A DNA stretch of 64,000 nt from Malacoraja senta (lineage: Eukaryota), in assembly GCA_038087875.1 (NCBI GenBank), contig CM075999.1:2172001-2236000 (forward strand), written 5' to 3'. The notes beneath the pieces were generated by a model. The model was not told the DNA's origin, made no database searches, and was given only the letters and a program-made list of their open reading frames with translations. Positions 61,801 to 64,000 of this stretch are shown piece after piece (positions within the stretch are counted from its first letter, which is position 1; each line of letters begins with the position of its first letter). The translations under genes and the position numbers were made by a program.

Positions 61801-62372
61801 TCCATAGCAATGGCTCCAATACCTGGAAGCTGGGTTTTGGGATATTGTTTTGATATGTGTCTACTTACGATATAGGTAAAACTAGCAGATATTTGACGGA
61901 GAAAGATGGCTCCACACACACTGGTGTTGGGATCAAAAACAGAAGTGATTTATTTCCAAGTCAAAGGTCACTGGCTGATTTACATAATTGTATGCGCGAG
62001 TCTGAGGATGTGTGAGAATGAGTACAGCTCATGTGCATAAATTACATGGATATTGTCACAGATATGTTTACAACATCTGGATATTGTTTAAAGGGGGGGG
62101 GGGGTGTCGGAACACATTACCAGGCGTGCTGGTGGATAGGCTTATTGTGGACTGGATAGCACAGATCAGCTTTTCACTGTAACTCAGTACACATGACAAT
62201 AATAAACTAAACTACAATGATATTTATGAGGCTATTATGGATATGCAGGGAATGGAGGGATATGGGTCTCGAGCAGGCAGATAAGGGGTGGTCCTGGTAT
62301 CATATTCAGCACAGACATTGTGGGTCGAAGGGCCAGTTTCCTATGCCGTACAATTCTATATTCTATAACAAA

Positions 62373-62700
62373 GGGGCGGCACGGTGGCGCAGCGGTAGAG
62401 TTGCTGCCTTACAGCGCTTGCCGTGCCGGAGACCTGGGTTCAATCCCGAACACGGGTCCTGCCTGTACAGAGTTTGTACGTTCTCCCCGTAACCTGCGTG
62501 GGTTTTCTCCGAGATCGTCAGTTTTCTCCCACACTCCAAAGACGTACAGGTTTGTAGGTTAATTGGCTTGGTATAAATGTTAAAATTGTTCCTGGTGTGT
62601 GTAGGATAGTGTTAATGTGCGTGGATCGCTGGTCGGTGCGGATTTGGTGGGCCGAAGGGCCTGTTTCCGCGCTGTATTTCTAAACTAAACTAAACTAAAC
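62373..62700 (+). mobile_element. HE1/V-SINE, full length
   Basis: A-box TGGCGCAGCGG 62385-62395, B-box GGTTCAATCCC 62437-62447, V-domain, CR1-like 3' end, (CTAAA)n. Confidence 0.9.
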
Positions 62701-62959
62701 TAGAAGATCCGGGTGCTGTCTGTACGGAGTTTGCACGTTCTCCACATGACCTGCCTGGGTTTTCTCCAGGTTCTTCCCCCCCCCCTCCCCCCGGTTTCCT
62801 CTCACTCCAAAGACGTGCAGTTTTGTAGGTTAATTGGCCTCCGACCCGAAATGTCACCCGCCCATTTCCCCCAGAGTTGCTGCCTGACCCACTGAGGAAC
62901 TCCAGCACTTTGTGTCTATCTTTGGTATAAACCAGCATCTGCAGCTCCTTCCTATACTT

Positions 62960-63280
62960 GGTTTAGTTTGTGTTCGTAGTTTAGAGATACAATGTGGAAA
63001 GAGGCCCTTCGGCCCACCGAGTCCGTGCCGACCAGCGATCCACCCACGCTAACACTATCCTACACACACTAGGGAAATTTTACAATTTTACCGAAGCCAA
63101 TTAACCTAAAAAAAACCCCACGTCTTTGGAGTGTGGCAGGAAACCAGAGCACCCGGAGAAAACCCGCGCAGGTCACGGGGAGAACGTACAAACTCCGTAC
63201 AGACAGCGCCCCGTAGTCAGGATCGAACCCGGGTCTCTGGCGCTGTGAGGCAGCAACTCTACCGCTGCGCCACCGTGCCA
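62960..63280 (-). mobile_element. HE1/V-SINE, full length
   Basis: Complete reverse complement of consensus; additional partial copies at ~10690, 15600, 19830, 29110, 37385, 40989, 44323, 45290, 51050, 55085, 55655, 56726, 58118, 59555. Confidence 0.9.
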
Positions 63281-64000
63281 CAGTGTTCAAGAGCCTGATG
63301 GTTGTTGGGAAGAAGCTGCTCCTGAACCTGCAGGTCACACACATGTCGATATCTTCCACTGCGCCTCCAATCTGGGCGATATCAATTTTGCTGGCTTCTG
63401 AATGCCAATTATATCTCAACTGTATAACCTTTAGAACTGCGAGCTGGTTTAGCTTGCCGAGTTATTACATTCTGGGCTGGTTTAGCCCAGCTGCTTTTTG
63501 TCCATTTACTCGTGGGGAATTTAATCTTCTTTCTTAGAAACGTTATTGAAGCATCGGTTCCGTGACAAGTGAAAATCAGTGATAAAAATCCTGTCTTTGC
63601 CAATTGTCACTTAAACCTCATTCTTCCACGCCACTTAAATTAAAACGCTGCTCTTTTTTTGTAATATGGAGAATGACGAGCCAGTAAAATATTAAATTAT
63701 TTCTTGAAGCTGCTGTGCTTGACATCGACTTTCAATTGTGCATGAGGTAATTTGGTGATGAAAGGACAGTTTCCCAGATGATTAGGACATGGGACATTAA
63801 AATTTAAACAGCTCTCCAGTAATATCAGGATATCTAGTTTACCATTCAATGATTGTATGTTTTTAACTTAAAAACTGATTGGCAACATTTAGTGTTTGTC
63901 GAGGAAGGGATAGATTTCAACTTTATAAACTAATTTCAAATGAGTCGTACAATTGGGTGCACTTTTCCGTTTAGTTTAGTTTTGATTAGTTTAGAGATAC

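Noticed and set aside
62373..62450. tRNA gene (A/B boxes), here and at other SINE heads
   Set aside because: Continues into the V-domain and CR1-like tail; it is a SINE head with no proper cloverleaf or terminator.

Overview
This window is repeat-saturated, non-coding vertebrate DNA, most likely from a cartilaginous fish (skate/ray). The inference rests on dozens of HE1/V-SINE-type tRNA-derived SINEs and matching CR1 3' ends. I found no credible host exon, RNA gene or CRISPR array; the ORF track is explained by transposon fragments, microsatellites or chance. Mobile elements present: HE1-like SINEs; 5'-truncated CR1, Rex1/Babar, L1, RTE-type and L2-tailed retroelements; Penelope-like element (PLE) 3' ends with a GIY-YIG C-terminus and a minimal hammerhead-like motif; three PIF/Harbinger-type MITEs; one 8-bp-TSD MITE; and one non-autonomous Helitron. 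There is also a 200-N gap and many AT-rich unique islands that may be regulatory. The most interesting signal is a set of small fold-back PLE-derived insertions with 10-17 bp TSDs. Two pairs share the same asymmetric internal core, yet carry the 34-nt terminal tail on opposite ends ('flip-flop'). One further copy contains a 6x34-bp tandem array ending in a perfect 68-bp palindrome. Boundaries without a stated TSD are approximate, and family names are from motif recognition, not database searches.
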